64,000 bases of DNA from Octopus vulgaris (taxonomy: Eukaryota), in NCBI GenBank assembly GCA_951406725.2, contig OX597820.1, positions 37,572,001 to 37,636,000 on the forward strand, written 5' to 3'. Shown in pieces: positions 1-12,914 of this stretch. The translations under genes and the position numbers were made by a program. Each line of letters begins with the position of its first letter. The stretch's first letter is position 1. The notes under the pieces were generated by a model. It did not search any database, had not been told where the DNA came from, and was given only the letters and a program-made list of their open reading frames with translations.

Positions 1-404
1 CTTTTCAGCACCCCTTTTATATATATGTGCTTGTGTATGTGTTACATGTAAACATAAATATGTACATATGCTAGTACATGTCTATGCTTGTGTGCTTTGT
101 ATGCAGATATTTAGGTGTATATGTAATTATATCTTTGTGGCAATACATCTAAATCTAACAAAGTTTTGGAGCCCACACACCTCTCCTCAACTTATACAGG
201 ATACATAAAAACATGACAAAGGACACAGCCATTATGTTAATGGTTTTTTGTAGTAATTTGTTGCTTTTCATTCAAGTTCTGTTACATATTAACTGGTGAT
301 AACTTCCTTTTAGGTATGAGATGCAATCAATCAAACTTCATTTTAGATTTAAAAAACAGACATAAATTCATCTGCCCATTCACTGAATACTCTTATTTTT
401 TTAG

Positions 405-481
405 TTGATGCTTATGATAGAAAGATGTGGGAGACAGAAACTTACAACATAGACGACAACCGGGGTGTTTCTATAAGATAA
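405..481 (+). CDS. Candidate terminal coding exon of an unidentified upstream gene (phase 1; xDAYDRKMWETETYNIDDNRGVSIR*)
   Basis: Poly-T tract plus AG acceptor (tcttattttttttag|, AG at 403-404); purine-rich, CpG-retaining segment open to TAA at 479-481; downstream AATAAA at 1798 and 1883. No homologue recognised. Confidence 0.45.
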
Positions 482-915
482 CTTGCAGAGAGCTGCTGAA
501 CTGATCTGTGGCTGGTACAAGTCCCTGGCAAGGAAGGTGAATGGTGATGGAATAACAGCTAAAAGACAAGCTATTGCTTACTGATGTTTCAGTAGAATGG
601 TGCCATATAACAATTTGATAGGAGCTATAGAAAAATTCTGTCTCTGTATATCAAAAAATATACATGTTCTACTTGTCTTAATGCATCTGAAGGAGTTTAT
701 AGATATTTGGGCTGCTTAGGTTGCTGCGATTAAGTTTGTTGATGTTTATACTCTCAAATGTTCTAAGCATTCACTTCCATTCCAACCATTCTCAGTTCCA
801 TATGATGATCTGTCCAATACTGAGTTTCTCTCATTTTACAGGTAAATATTACATCTATGAGATCTATCTGTCTAACCATGCTGAAGTCAATGAGATGACA
901 TTTTGTTTTGATTTG

Positions 916-1168
916 GTAGCATTCCCAAATGATCTGGTGTCTATTGCTATCAACTAAGTGAACATAACTTATCAAAAATAAGAGATTCAGTTTAGACATG
1001 CAAAAAATGCTTGCAGCAGATTTGACCAAATGGCCTAAATATTCCAACAGCTTTTTGCCTTGACCATCAAACCATACCAAGTAAAGATAAAAGTCTGAAT
1101 CTCTTATTTTTGATTGGTTTGTTCACTAAGTTCTTGGGAATAAGTACCAGATCATTTGGGAATGCTAC
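916..1168. repeat. Long imperfect inverted repeat (about 75-bp arms, about 104-nt spacer)
   Basis: 916-990 is the reverse complement of 1095-1168, with perfect 23-nt (gtagcattcccaaatgatctggt) and 20-nt (atcaaaaataagagattcag) blocks. Confidence 0.9.
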
Positions 1169-2362
1169 TTGTGATGAACTAGCATTCATTCCAGGAAAAT
1201 TATATATCTACTTAATGTTATGAAACTGTAGCTCAGCATTTTCCATATAACTTCACCTAATATTTCCAAAACTATCTTTTCTGCTTTCTGAGATATGTAG
1301 AAATAACAACAACTTAACAATTCTAATGTTGGTATGTCACAGAGGGAAGAAGTGAGAGAAAGAGAAAGAGATGGAGAGAGAGAGAGAGAGAGAGATCAAC
1401 TGGTGATACTGACTGACCAGTTTAAATTCCACTAGGTTATAACATAAAAATATTGTGAGGTGTTATGATTTGGATTTTTCACATATTACTCATAACTTTT
1501 TGATAAAAAAGTCTAGAGGTAAATCTTGATGTGTAAAATAAATAACTGTAGTGCTGAAAAATTATCTAGTTATTAGAATGAAGAAATGCATGAGGGAAGA
1601 AAGTTGCTGGTGTATTGGGGTGGGATGTTTTTGCAATGTTTAAGTCTTAAGGTGAAAATGTATGCTGTGAAAGTAAAGCAAAAATGCTGTGATTTGCTCT
1701 GTGGTAGTATCTAGAAAGTGTGTGCATATTTATGTAGATCAGGAGACTTGAAATAATTACACTATCATGTGAGGGAGCTCCCACTGAGAGAAAAATCAAT
1801 AAAGGACAGTAATTATGTATATTTATTTAATTTTTTTTCAGTGTTTCTTGTAACATTTTTTTTTGTACATTAATATGGTTTTAATAAATCTATACATTTG
1901 CATGAGTGCTTGGAGCAGGTATTTTACTTCTTAATGTACTTTCAAACTTTTACATATTTAGGATGTAGAGTATATCAGTCTGTGATAATGAGGTTGTATA
2001 GCTCCAGTCAGCTCTGACACTGCAACTTCAAAATACCTATAACACTGAAATGGATAATTATGTACTTGGGATAGATAATAATGCTTACTTTCAAAGATAA
2101 GAGTAAATATATGTTTTGCTTCAGACCAGACTGCTGTATGATTATTATAAGGCTTTAAAACACTTGCTCAAGTTCATATTTCTTTTCAGTACTTTTGCCA
2201 GATTATCTCTTTATCATGAATGGTCTTCAATTGAATCAATGCTATTGTTCCCCACTCCACCTCTTTTGCCTCTGTCTCAGCCAACCAATAATATGTATAA
2301 GATACTAACAATGTCCACGGATATTTTGTTTTAATATTTGACAGTTACTATGATTATAAATA

Positions 2363-2518
2363 TTGATTTCAAATTTCGGCACAGGGCCAATAATTTTGAG
2401 GGAGCGGGTATTTGATCACATTGACCTCAGTGCTCGTCTGCCACTTATTTTAATGACCCCGAAAGGATGAAAGGCAAAATCAACCTTCTTGGAATTTGAA
2501 CTCAAAATGTAGAGACAT
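2363..2518 (-). mobile_element. tRNA-derived SINE family C fragment
   Basis: Contains gacccc-gaaaggatgaaaggcaaa...ggaatttgaactca, the reverse complement of the body seen at 41636-41801. Confidence 0.75.
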
Positions 2519-3187
2519 GAAATTGAATATAACATCAGTTCATTATAACACTCTCTATAAGCAGGCATATCATATAATTTGTTTCATTTGTTTGTTTGTT
2601 TTACATCTGTTTTTCCAAGTAAGCATGGGTTGGATGGTTACTTATTGAGGCATTGTTTTACAACTATTGCTAAGACTCACCCACTTTTCAACTAAAGGAT
2701 TGTTTTACTCCACTTGTGTTTGAAAGTGTGAAGCAGGAAGTAGAATGTAAACATTCACCCAGACACATATGCATGTATTCTCCCTCTCTCTCTCTTTCAC
2801 ACACACTCACAATAGGCATTTGTGCAATTTCCACTTGCAAATATGCATGGAAATGAGTTACATATCAATTGCATAATTTTAATAAGCCTTGACTTTCCAT
2901 TTGAATTCAAGTGAAGGTAGTGTCAGGAACACAATGAAATAAAAAAAGAAACAAAGAAGGAAAAAGTTACTCCCTAGTTATTCATCAGGCTGAAATATCA
3001 ATATTTCATATCCTGTCTCTTAGAAAAGGCTCTTAACTTTTAACTGGTACAGTTCATATAATTCTATAAGGGTATTATAGCTAGGGTACAACTTAGTGTA
3101 AATTGGAGAAGCATTGTATTAGAGAATTGCTTCATTGATTCTTTTTCCTTACTGAGCTCAACTCCTTTCATTGATATAGTTTATGCA

Positions 3188-3189
<2 letters not shown>

Positions 3190-3246
<57 letters not shown>
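3190..3246. repeat. (CT)n microsatellite
   Basis: Pure CT run. Confidence 0.95.
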
Positions 3247-3249
<3 letters not shown>

Positions 3250-3836
3250 ATCAATAATTAGCTACCCATTGGTAATGGATGCATCTGATTACAAAAACTC
3301 AAGCAATTGACTCTGTTGTGTAAATTAAATGCTGATTGATTGAATGATTGATGATAATAAAAATATAGTAAAGTAAATAGAATTTATTACGGAAGTTAGA
3401 TTCTATAAAGTAATTGAATTCCAAAAGCTTTTAGAATGATGAAACTTGTCTATATATTTCAATATGGTTGCATTATACTGGAAATGAATTGACTTTTCCA
3501 TTCATGTTGTAAATTATGTTTGAAGGTTGTTTGACATGGTTGATGCCACCTCCCATTAGTATTGTTTGCTTGATATTCATTCCATCAGAAAAATTGGAAA
3601 AAATCTCTTTGTTTTTGTTTGTCAAGGCCTACTAGTTACAGTTAGTTAACAGATGTTCTATTGATGTTATTATCAAAAACATGCTACTGATGTTATTATC
3701 AAAAATGCAATCTGAGCAAATTCGATTTTCAGATTTTAATAAAGTTTAAATATTAATTCTACTGTTTTATCTCCATTTTTTTCTATTAAAAAAAAAATCA
3801 TTTATTTTTTTTTTATTCCTTTCATACTGCCAACAG

Positions 3837-3886
3837 ACAAGCAATTAGAAGCAGAGTTTTCAGATTTAGTCAGAGGATTTGTTTGA
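3837..3886 (+). CDS. Candidate alternative terminal exon (phase 1; xKQLEAEFSDLVRGFV*)
   Basis: Long pyrimidine tract ending ccaacag|; purine-rich segment whose composition drops to AT/T-rich right after TGA 3884-3886. Phase 2 is also open, so the frame is inferred. Confidence 0.4.
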
Positions 3887-4109
3887 TTAATTACTACTAT
3901 TATTATTGTTTTTTTCTTAAATTTTACATCACAATTAGGGAACAAGGTCATTGGTTACAGATTTCCAGTTTACCAATCACTGGTTCACTGTATTTCTAAA
4001 GGTGTGAGTGACCAGGGACTGTCTAACTTAATGCAAGGAAAGTATCTCTGGAGACTTGTGGTTGGTTTTTTTTCTCAACAAAGTTTTTATCCTCTGTGGG
4101 TATGTGTGT

Positions 4110-4256
4110 GTAAGGTGGTTGGTGTTAGGAAGGGCATCCTGCCATAAAAAACCCTATCAAAACAGACAGTGAAGCCTGGTGCAGTCTTCTGCCAAGCTAG
4201 CCCCTGTCAAACTGTCCAACACATGCCAGTATGGAAAATGGATGTTAAATGATGAT
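4110..4256 (+). mobile_element. RTE-type non-autonomous element (family B), degenerate 3' part
   Basis: ggttggtgttaggaagggcatcc...ccagtatggaaaatggatgttaaatgatgat tail. Confidence 0.75.
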
Positions 4257-4652
4257 ATATAACACACACACTGTATATATGAGTAAAAAATTACACAGAA
4301 GGATGACAAAGGAACACATGGTAAAATCACAGATAATGGACATGGTTATCTCTCATCAGTTATTAATCAAAAATCATCATAATTTCACGCCATTATTGAT
4401 AAGATTGTTCACTTTGGTGATATGAACAAGAAACACTGCTAGAATAAGTGAGTGGTCATAAAGGACGGTGACGAAAACATAAATAAGTGATAAACAGTGA
4501 CAGAATAAGGACAAGACATAATGGAAAATAACAGAAGTAGTTAGTATATATATATATATATAATACCTCCCTGCTTCCATTTCCTGAGCGCCTATTAATA
4601 ATAATACTGTAATTGTTCCCTTGTTGTTGTTTTTTTGTTTCCCGTTTGGATT

Positions 4653-4684
<32 letters not shown>

Positions 4685-5507
4685 TTTCTTACATATAAAG
4701 GCCTTTTGGCTGTGACACAGCTTGAGATATGTTGCAGAAGTAATGGAAAAAATGCCCTATAGGACTTGAAAAGGAAAGTAGTGATGTGTGTGTGTGTTCA
4801 TGTTAGCTTTTATTTCAAGCTATGAATAAAAACAGTTTAACATTAAACTAAAAGATTAGTCATTGCTTTTTAGTAGTGTACATGTTTATTAAACCTTTTA
4901 CATGGAAAAGGTTGACAATCACTTCAAAGTTTCAACTTGTTTACTTTTATTAAACACTGGTGTATGTATGTATATATACATATATATATTGTAAAAAAGA
5001 GTGAGTCTCTCACCCTTACCACTCTTTTACATTTATACCTCCCATTATACTCTGTTAGTCTCTCCACTATACACAGACCCACCCCCCATAATACCCTTAT
5101 GTATAAGTGAAAAGGAAATAAAACAAAATATGAAAATAATATGGTAAGTTCATACAGCTCTAGATAATTGGAATGACTTCATCTCTCTATAATATATCTG
5201 TTCATGAATCCACCCACCTTATCAGCATTTAACACCCGCTTTCCATGCTGGCATGGGTTGGACATGGTTTCTACAGCTGAATACACTTCCAACCACTTTG
5301 CAGAATATATTGTTTTTTTTTTCTATTGCATCAACACCAGTGAAATTGCTTTTCAAATACCAAGCAAAGGGCTTAATGGAGTCCCTATGAGTGAAGGAAA
5401 ATATGAGAGAGAGAGAGAAAGAGCGAGCGTGTGTGTGTGATGAGAGGAACAGATTTATAGTTGTGAGAGTAGTTGAGAGACTGTGTGTGTGTGTGTGTAT
5501 ATATATA

Positions 5508-5704
5508 TCATCATCATCATCATCATCATCGTTTAGCGTCCGCTTTCCATGCTAGCATGGGTTGGACGGGTCAACTGGGGTCTGTGAAGCTGGAAGGCTT
5601 CGTCAGGCCCAGTCAGATCTGGCAGTGTTTCTACGGCTGGATGCCCTTCCTAACGCCAACCACTCCGCGAGTGTAGTGGGTGTTTTTTACGTGCCACCTG
5701 CACA
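5508..5704 (-). mobile_element. Family B element, 3' part
   Basis: (CAT)n tail, ctttccatgctagcatgggttggac, ggatgcccttcctaacgccaaccactcc. Confidence 0.85.
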
Positions 5705-7029
5705 GTATATATATATAAGTTTCTGCACAGTTTCAATCTTCCAAATTCTACTCAGAAAGTACTGGTTAATCTAAGGCTGTGATAGAAACCATTTGCTCAA
5801 GGTGCCAAGCTGTAAGATTGAACCCAGAAACATGTGGTTGTGAAGTGAACTTGTAAACATCATGGCTATGCCTGCTCTCATGAATAACATCAAACATTCT
5901 GCACTTAAACCTCACGATCACTGTATGTTTGATTGCTATTGACAAGAATAAGCTAAATGAGAGAACTTGTTAGGAAACATATGGGTGCTTTTGAGAATTT
6001 TTCATTGATGACATGAAAAAAATTTCCATAGGCTTTCTTCATCATTCCCTTATATAAAATATTTTGAAAGGAATGTATGGTGTTCTGTTAAATATATTGG
6101 TTATGTTATATATCATAACAAGAATTTTAACTTTGCTTTTAGCATTATTTGCAAATCAGAATCCACTTGGAATAATTTGGTTGAGAAAAGTTGTTGGGAT
6201 TTCTTTAAGGACCGCAAGTTTGTATTGCACTTAATAACCTTGTACCGTTAACTTACTCAAGATAACTTGCACTTGAATTACAATACGAATCTTGGATTTA
6301 GATATGAAGAAGGTAAACCAAACTAAATTTGGTGAACTGAGGGTCCTAAACATATCTCACCAGGTGTACCCTACTAACCTAGTAAGCTTTAGTATTAAAA
6401 GGTGGGGTGGGGAGGAAAAGAAAGTTGTGTGCGTATGAATTACTTCTTTAGCTAATGGTAGCTAGCTAGTACTGATCTGCTGTCATTAAAGAGATTAGGC
6501 TATTTTGATTATCTAGAGCTCTGAATTGGGCTATTAACTTTGTATTTTGTCCTTCATTTATTTTATATTTAGATAATAGAAGTGAAGTCACTAAATTTGT
6601 TCTGTGTTGGAGCACCAGCTCGCAGATTTTTGAGTTCAAGCCCATTTCACATATTTTGCAGTAAATGTGGTCAATATAGATTGCTTTAGTAGACCTAGCT
6701 AGCATGAGATTATGTGGGAAAGTTTCCTGAGTTCTAATTCAAAAGGAGATTTCTTTCTCAGCTTCTTAATACTAAAAGAATAGAGATAAGTTACACCTTG
6801 TCACTGAAACTTTTTAAACTTTATTATCATATTCAGTTGTGGAATGGACCAATTTGAGGGAAATATTGATTAGGGAGTTTGTGTTGATAGTTATGTTGTT
6901 CTTGTTGTTGAAGTGACTTGTGATATTGAAGATGTTGCTTGAATGATTTTGACAGACCTTTGATACTTTTCTCCTAACTTGGCAGATAGAATTATGTACA
7001 GTAATTTATCTTTCTTAAGATTAGAGCAC

Positions 7030-7060
<31 letters not shown>

Positions 7061-7156
7061 AGGAGAGTTAATATTGAAAAATTTGCATCATGAGTTAATC
7101 ATTCAATATTGAAATTCATTAGCATTGAGGATGATATCATGTGTTTGTATTTTTAG

Positions 7157-7218
7157 ATTGGTTTAATTTGAAAAAAAGCAGCTCCTACGACCATTTTCAG
7201 GGCTGCGGAGATGATTGA
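7157..7218 (+). CDS. Candidate alternative terminal exon (phase 1; xWFNLKKSSSYDHFQGCGDD*)
   Basis: tgtatttttag| acceptor; only phase 1 stays open (the other phases stop within 4 codons); local CpG/GC rise. Confidence 0.45.
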
Positions 7219-7449
7219 AACGAAAAGAGAATTTATTCTTAGACATTTTGAACTGTGTTCAGAGAAAAGCCATTCATTGCTTGATAATCTTTCATTAACA
7301 AACACACTTCACCTCTATCCACAGACATACTGTCCCCTCTCTCTGTCTTTCCTATAACTGTTATAAAAGTTGTCTTTCTCAAAAATACTTTTTTTCATGC
7401 CTTCTCAATTCAAGCACCCGTGATTCACTCATTTTATCTTCTCTTATCC

Positions 7450-7800
7450 AAGTTGCATCCACTGTAACCCTGGCCCTGCACTAATAAGTATTCTCAGTCC
7501 TTGCTGCCCAGAACATTCTCTTTGGAATCTTCTCCATGTCCATGTCTTTCTTACAAATATTGACCGGCAACAATTTAAATGGAGCACTAATGACATCAAG
7601 CTCACTGGAACTACAGACGCCTTGGGCACTGCCCCTTCCTCTAGGCCTTAGCAAAAGGAAAACAAAACCTCCTTTACTTGAATGCTTGCAATACACCTGA
7701 CTTTTTCTAACAGTAGCCAAAGGCCAGATGCAAATAGTTTAGCTTTATCCTCCTTCACCTTCCCTCAAATGGGTTTGCTCTCACTACTGATAATTGGTAA
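7450..7800 (-). mobile_element. Highly degenerate CR1-like LINE ORF2 remnant
   Basis: Minus-strand translation CKKDMDMEKIPKRM resembles the CR1 post-RT motif KKDIxxLExVQRR; weak. Confidence 0.3.
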
Positions 7801-8841
7801 CATTCACAAAAAGACATAGAAGTTGATAAACTAAATTCCAATTTTCTGGATTCTGTGTTCATATATTTTGCTGTAATGAATTGCACTGTAAAGGATTTTG
7901 AGGCTGTTTTTGTTCTTGCAAGTCTTTGGTCAACCCAGGGCTATAGTAGAAAACACTTGCTCAAGATGCCAAGTGTGCAGTGTGACTGAACCTGGAACCA
8001 TGTGGTCTGAAAGCAAATTTCTTGCTACACAGCCTCACTTGATATATTTGATACGAACAGGTTGAATCTGATTATGCCTTGCATTTAGAAATCAACATCA
8101 TTGTATATTTTAGATGATTTTGAATTGTAAAGTTCTTAACTGTATATTGAGATTTGAAATCTCTGTTGTATGGCTTTTCAGTAGATGATGATTTTCCAAT
8201 CTATTAAACACGATCTTTAGGTTGTGTATATATATATATAATTTACACTATATTGATTCTATCTTCAAACATCATCAATTTTATTCCCAAATATGTACCT
8301 TTGTCATGTATACATGAATTCAAAATGGGAATCTTTATTTCTCAAAGAAAGGTATCCACATCTATATCTATTGCGTCATCTGTAAAATGCTCATAAATGT
8401 TGCTAGTTTGAATCTTGCCTGAAACAAATATACATTTGGAGATAGGGCACCTGATGACAGAGATTGAACTCGTTAAAATATAGACTTATAAATATACATT
8501 TTAATGATGAATAGACTGGATAATTGACATTTTAATAACAATAAATCATTCCATTTTAAATGCATATAAATATTTATCAAACAATTTCCTAATATTAGAT
8601 AATTATTAAATCTTTTTTTCCTACTCCTGATTCTGAGTTAAATCTTTCAAAATTCTTCTCTAAGTACTTTTATATTCAATAATAGCTTTTATGAACTTTT
8701 ATTTCTCATTTTTTTTACCAGATTTTTTTGCATTGTTTTTTTTCCTTTCCTGCCTAACAATTGCTTTATAATTAGATTCCATAGTTAAACATCTTGTATT
8801 TGTGTTACACTCATTATTACTGTTTGTTTATATTCAAACAG

Positions 8842-8858
8842 CGGATGAGCAGGATTAA
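8842..8858 (+). CDS. Candidate very short terminal exon (phase 1; xDEQD*)
   Basis: tttatattcaaacag| acceptor followed by CpG-containing, purine-rich cggatgagcaggattaa; too short to test by eye. Confidence 0.25.
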
Positions 8859-9919
8859 ACCTGATAGATCTTAGTACAAGCTACAACATGTAGAATTTAA
8901 TACACATTCCGATTACAGAGATTGAATTTGCCTCATTGACTTGTATTCTACATATTGATGCAATCTCAAAGTTTCTACCTGGAAGTTAAAGCACTTAAAA
9001 TTATTTCAGTGTTTCTGTAGATTAAGAACACATCATTTTTAAATATTTCGTTTAGATATCTTTTAATTATGAGATGGATGAAAACACTGCTTTTCATTTT
9101 ACTTTTATCAAATTTGGAAAAGCTTAGTGGATTGCAAGATATGCAAGTGCATGAATATTTTTCTCTATTTTGATATTCTTTTGCTATTTCAATTATTTTC
9201 AAACACTATTTAAGGATTTTTTCTTTATTTTTATGAAGTAAAAAAAAAAAGCATTTAATTAGTTAGGGCTTATTTATCAGTATGTAAAAGCTGACTAGTT
9301 ACAGATTATCAATGATTCTAATTTCTGACTCTTTACATTCTAACTTCAATTCCCACTAAGGTGTTGACAAAATAAAGTACCAGTTAATTACTAGGGTCAA
9401 TGGTATTGACTAATCCCCTTCCTTGAAAATTGCTGGCCTTGTTCCTAATTCAGAAACAGTTTTTATTAATTCTGTTCTATCTGCAGGAAGTATCTTGACT
9501 TTATTCTGCTGAAAGAGATATAACTACCTTCTTCCTTGTTTCTTATTCACTGCTGTTTTCTGTTATATATTGCTGTGTGTTAGGAACCTTATTCCACTTT
9601 TACAGGTGCAAATTGGTTGTGATATCTCTTTGTGCTGTGAAAAAGCTTATAGGAAGGATAGAGTTTAATCTTATCACTACAAAATAACAAAGCAGCCATT
9701 CATTGTGCAGTACTCCCACTGTTTACATCATTCATTTACACCTCTGTGGTGAGGTCCTGAGAAATTAAGCATTTTCAGTAACAAGATAAGAGTCATGGCT
9801 ATTATGGACAGTCTGCCAATACACCCTATTGGTTATTTGTTTTTATTGTAACATCACTCAATTATGAACATGTTAAACAGTTGAGTTCTCTTATTATAGT
9901 AATTTACCTTAACTCAAAT

Positions 9920-10565
9920 ATACGATGTATTTTAAGTATTTTTATTTTAATGAATTGAACTTTTGTATTTTTCCAGTAAAGATATACTATAGTTTGTTTA
10001 GATTATTCTCAAAGCTAAAATATATCTTCACAGATAAAATACATATTTCTATCTATTTACTCTATTTTTTTACGTTAGGTTTTAACGTGATAAATGTATT
10101 ATAAACACTTGGTCCTACTTTAAAATTTAAGTTTAAAATTTAGTTAAAGGAATTTCTTCTATAAGAAGAATCATGTTTTTATTTCTTTAAGAAATATTAA
10201 TTCTGATTGATTATTTATTAAAAATATGTATTTATTTAACTATTAGTGTTATTATTTGTTGACCTGAGGAGTGATTATACTTTTAAATTGAATTGTTTTT
10301 GGATCGGTTAAATTTAAATTTAATTGTAATTCGAATTGAAGTTATAGCCACGAAATGTATGTAGTCTATACTTTATTGTGATCTACGTGAATGTTTTATC
10401 ATATATTTTATTTTTTCTATATGGTATGTTTTACACCTATCATTGTTTGAATTACATAATAGTGGTTTTTCTCTAATATATATATATATATATATATATT
10501 GTAAATTTGATTTAAAACTAAATTGAATTTTTCCCTGTAAGTTTGGAGTTATACTCCTATTATTA
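9920..10565 (+). mobile_element. Penelope-like element pLTR/3' remnant
   Basis: AT-rich but CpG-retaining block carrying a type-I hammerhead motif; boundaries approximate. Confidence 0.5.
10257..10370 (+). ncRNA. Minimal type-I hammerhead ribozyme with extended stem II
   Basis: gac-CTGAGGA(10264-70)-gtg...long imperfect stem...cac-GAAA(10352-55)-tgtatg-TA-gtc; intact catalytic boxes; predicted GUA cleavage after 10363. Confidence 0.7.
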
Positions 10566-10605
10566 TATGTGTATATATATGTATGTATATATATTATATA
10601 TATAT

Positions 10606-11001
10606 AGGAGTGGCTGTGTGGTAAGTAGCTTGCTTACCGATAACATGGTTCAGGGTTCAGTCCCAGTACGTGGCACCTTGGGCAAGTGTCTTCTGCTATA
10701 GCCTCGGGCCAACCAAAGCCTTGTGAGTGGATTTGGTAGACGGAAACTGAAAGAAGCCTGTCGTATATATATATGTATGTGTGTGTATGTGTTTGTGTGT
10801 CTGTGTTTGTCCCCCATCATCGATTGACAACCAATGCTGGTGTGTTTACGTCCCCGTAACTTAGCGGTTCCGCAAAAGAGACCGATAGAATAAGCACTAG
10901 GCTTACAAAGAATAAAGTCCTGGAGTCGATTTGCTTGACTAAAGGTGGTGCTCCAGCATGGCCACAGTCAAATGACTGAAACAATTCAAAGAGTAAAAGA
11001 G
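10606..11001 (+). mobile_element. tRNA-derived SINE family A, full length
   Basis: A-box-like tggctgtgtggtaa, B-box-like ggttcagtccc, internal TA/TG repeat, tail ggtggtgctccagcatggccacagtcaaatgactgaaac. Confidence 0.9.
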
Positions 11002-11034
<33 letters not shown>

Positions 11035-11223
11035 ATATATATGTATATATGTGTGTGTATATATGTATATATATGTGTATATATATGTGTATATATATAT
11101 GTGTGTGTGTGTGTGCATATATATGTATATATATGTGTGTATATATGTATATATGTGTGTATATATGTATATATATATATGTGTGTGTGTGTATATATAT
11201 GTGTATATATGTATATATATATA

Positions 11224-11257
<34 letters not shown>
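11002..11257. repeat. Compound (TA)/(TG) microsatellite
   Basis: Direct reading. Confidence 0.95.
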
Positions 11258-11381
11258 ACGTATCTGAAATGTTTGATTAAAAAAAGCCTTGCTCAAAAGA
11301 TTTCATTTGCAAGACAAAAATGACATGTGACAGCTGAAGGTAAAATCTTTATTTTGTCATTCTCCTTCCTCTCTCCTGCAG

Positions 11382-11452
11382 GTCCTAATGGCTTTTCTTG
11401 TCTCACAGCTTTAAAAAATCATCCTTATTGGAAAGTTACTGGATTGATGTAA
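11382..11452 (+). CDS. Candidate alternative terminal exon (phase 1; xPNGFSCLTALKNHPYWKVTGLM*)
   Basis: Very strong acceptor tcattctccttcctctctcctgcag|; phase 1 is the longest frame and ends in TAA TAG; AATAAA at 11788. Confidence 0.5.
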
Positions 11453-12098
11453 TAGCTGCTGAAAGACAGATTCACTATGGCACTGTGAAACAGCTATTTT
11501 GAGGATGACTATCTTCATTTTAAATCAGCTGTTATAAAACCAAATTAATTTCCACGGTTGCTTATTCATTTTACTCTACTGGAGTCATAGATTAAGTAGA
11601 TTTTGCAGTTCACGATATTTCCAAATTTTTGTTTGTAATAAGTATTTCTACAACTGAATGCCTTTTCTCAATGCTAATGATTGACTGATTACCACCTCAC
11701 ATAGGTTCTACTTCTACATCACAGTACAAACAGACTGGCATATTCTGGGTATTAATATGAATTTCCCAAGATACTATACGTCATAACAATAAATATAAAT
11801 TATCATCTTTGATATAGTAACTGCTTTTGTTTGTTTTGTCTGTCTCAACCAGGGCCATGCTGGAGCACTAGTGGTGTAATTTTATCTTATTTAGCCATAT
11901 TGTTTTGTCAGAGAATTGGTGATGGTCAGAATTAATATCATTATAGTGTCAAGTAAAAACAAGCTAATGTTGAACTGCATTAGATAAGACTGTATGTGCA
12001 GGTGGCAGAAACAAGATTTAACTTATCTCTCTTTTATTACAGTAGTATTGTCTTCTAATGTGGGGCAGTGTAGCTTTTGAAACAATTTACTTTATATT

Positions 12099-12447
12099 TA
12101 ACGCCAACCACTCCGAGAGTGTAGTGGGTGATTTTATGTGCCACCGACACATAAAAACACCATCCGAGCGTGGCCGTCTGCCAGCCTCGTCTGGCACCTG
12201 TGTCGGTGGCACATAAAAACACCATCCGAGCGTGGCCGTCTGCCAGCCTCGTCTGGCACCTGTGTCGGTGGCACATAAAATCACCCACTACACTCTCGGA
12301 GTGGTTGGCGTTAGGAAGGGCATCCAGCTGTAGAAACACTGCCAGATCTGACTGGCCTGGTGCAGCCTTCGGGCTTGCCAGACCCCAGTTGAACCGTCCA
12401 ACCCATCCTAGCATGGAAAGCGGACGTTAAACGATGATGATGATGAT
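12099..12447 (+). mobile_element. Family B element with 5' inversion
   Basis: 12099-12151 is a perfect reverse complement of 12261-12313; two ~59-nt internal repeat units; (GAT)n tail. Confidence 0.9.
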
Positions 12448-12643
12448 TAACTGTAAATGGGTCTGCTGCTCTTTTCTATTTCAAATTGGTGCTTTTAATT
12501 TATTGCTTAGTATCACTCATATTAAAATCTTAATTAAACTTAGTATGAACTACATTGTCACCTAGAAACTTGAAATTCTTCGATAGTCTGACCTGTTTCT
12601 TTGCTATTGCCTGACATTGGTGTTGTTCAGTTACTTTTATCAG

Positions 12644-12681
12644 ATTGGCAGGAGCAGAGCTTTGGCGAAATGGTTCTTTAG
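12644..12681 (+). CDS. Candidate exon (phase 1 terminal xWQEQSFGEMVL*, or a 38-nt internal exon ending AG|GTGTGT)
   Basis: gttacttttatcag| acceptor, then a purine/GC-rich island in T-rich surroundings; frame ambiguous. Confidence 0.3.
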
Positions 12682-12914
12682 GTGTGTAGTATTAATCCAG
12701 TATGCTGTAAAAAGCATCTTTCACTATAAGTCTATCATGAAGTGTTATGTTTGTGTTGATTGAAGTGTTGCTTGTATCTAAAGCCCAGTCTTTTCTTCCT
12801 TTTTCTTATTTTGCTGTATGTCTGAGAGTATAGGGAGAATGTGGTTGGATGGTCTGTGAGATTCTTGCAATTTTGCTATCTCACTGTCTCTGTGGAGTTA
12901 GGACCTAATGAAGT

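Noticed and set aside
4278-4545. Possible further Penelope end with hammerhead (tcatcag at about 4353)
   Set aside because: CUGAUGA plus a stem exists on the minus strand, but no GAAA or stem III follows; too degenerate to call.
9979-10028. Mitochondrial tRNA/NUMT-like AT-rich hairpin
   Set aside because: Only a simple stem (aagatata/tatatctt), no cloverleaf; the region is better explained as Penelope-like.
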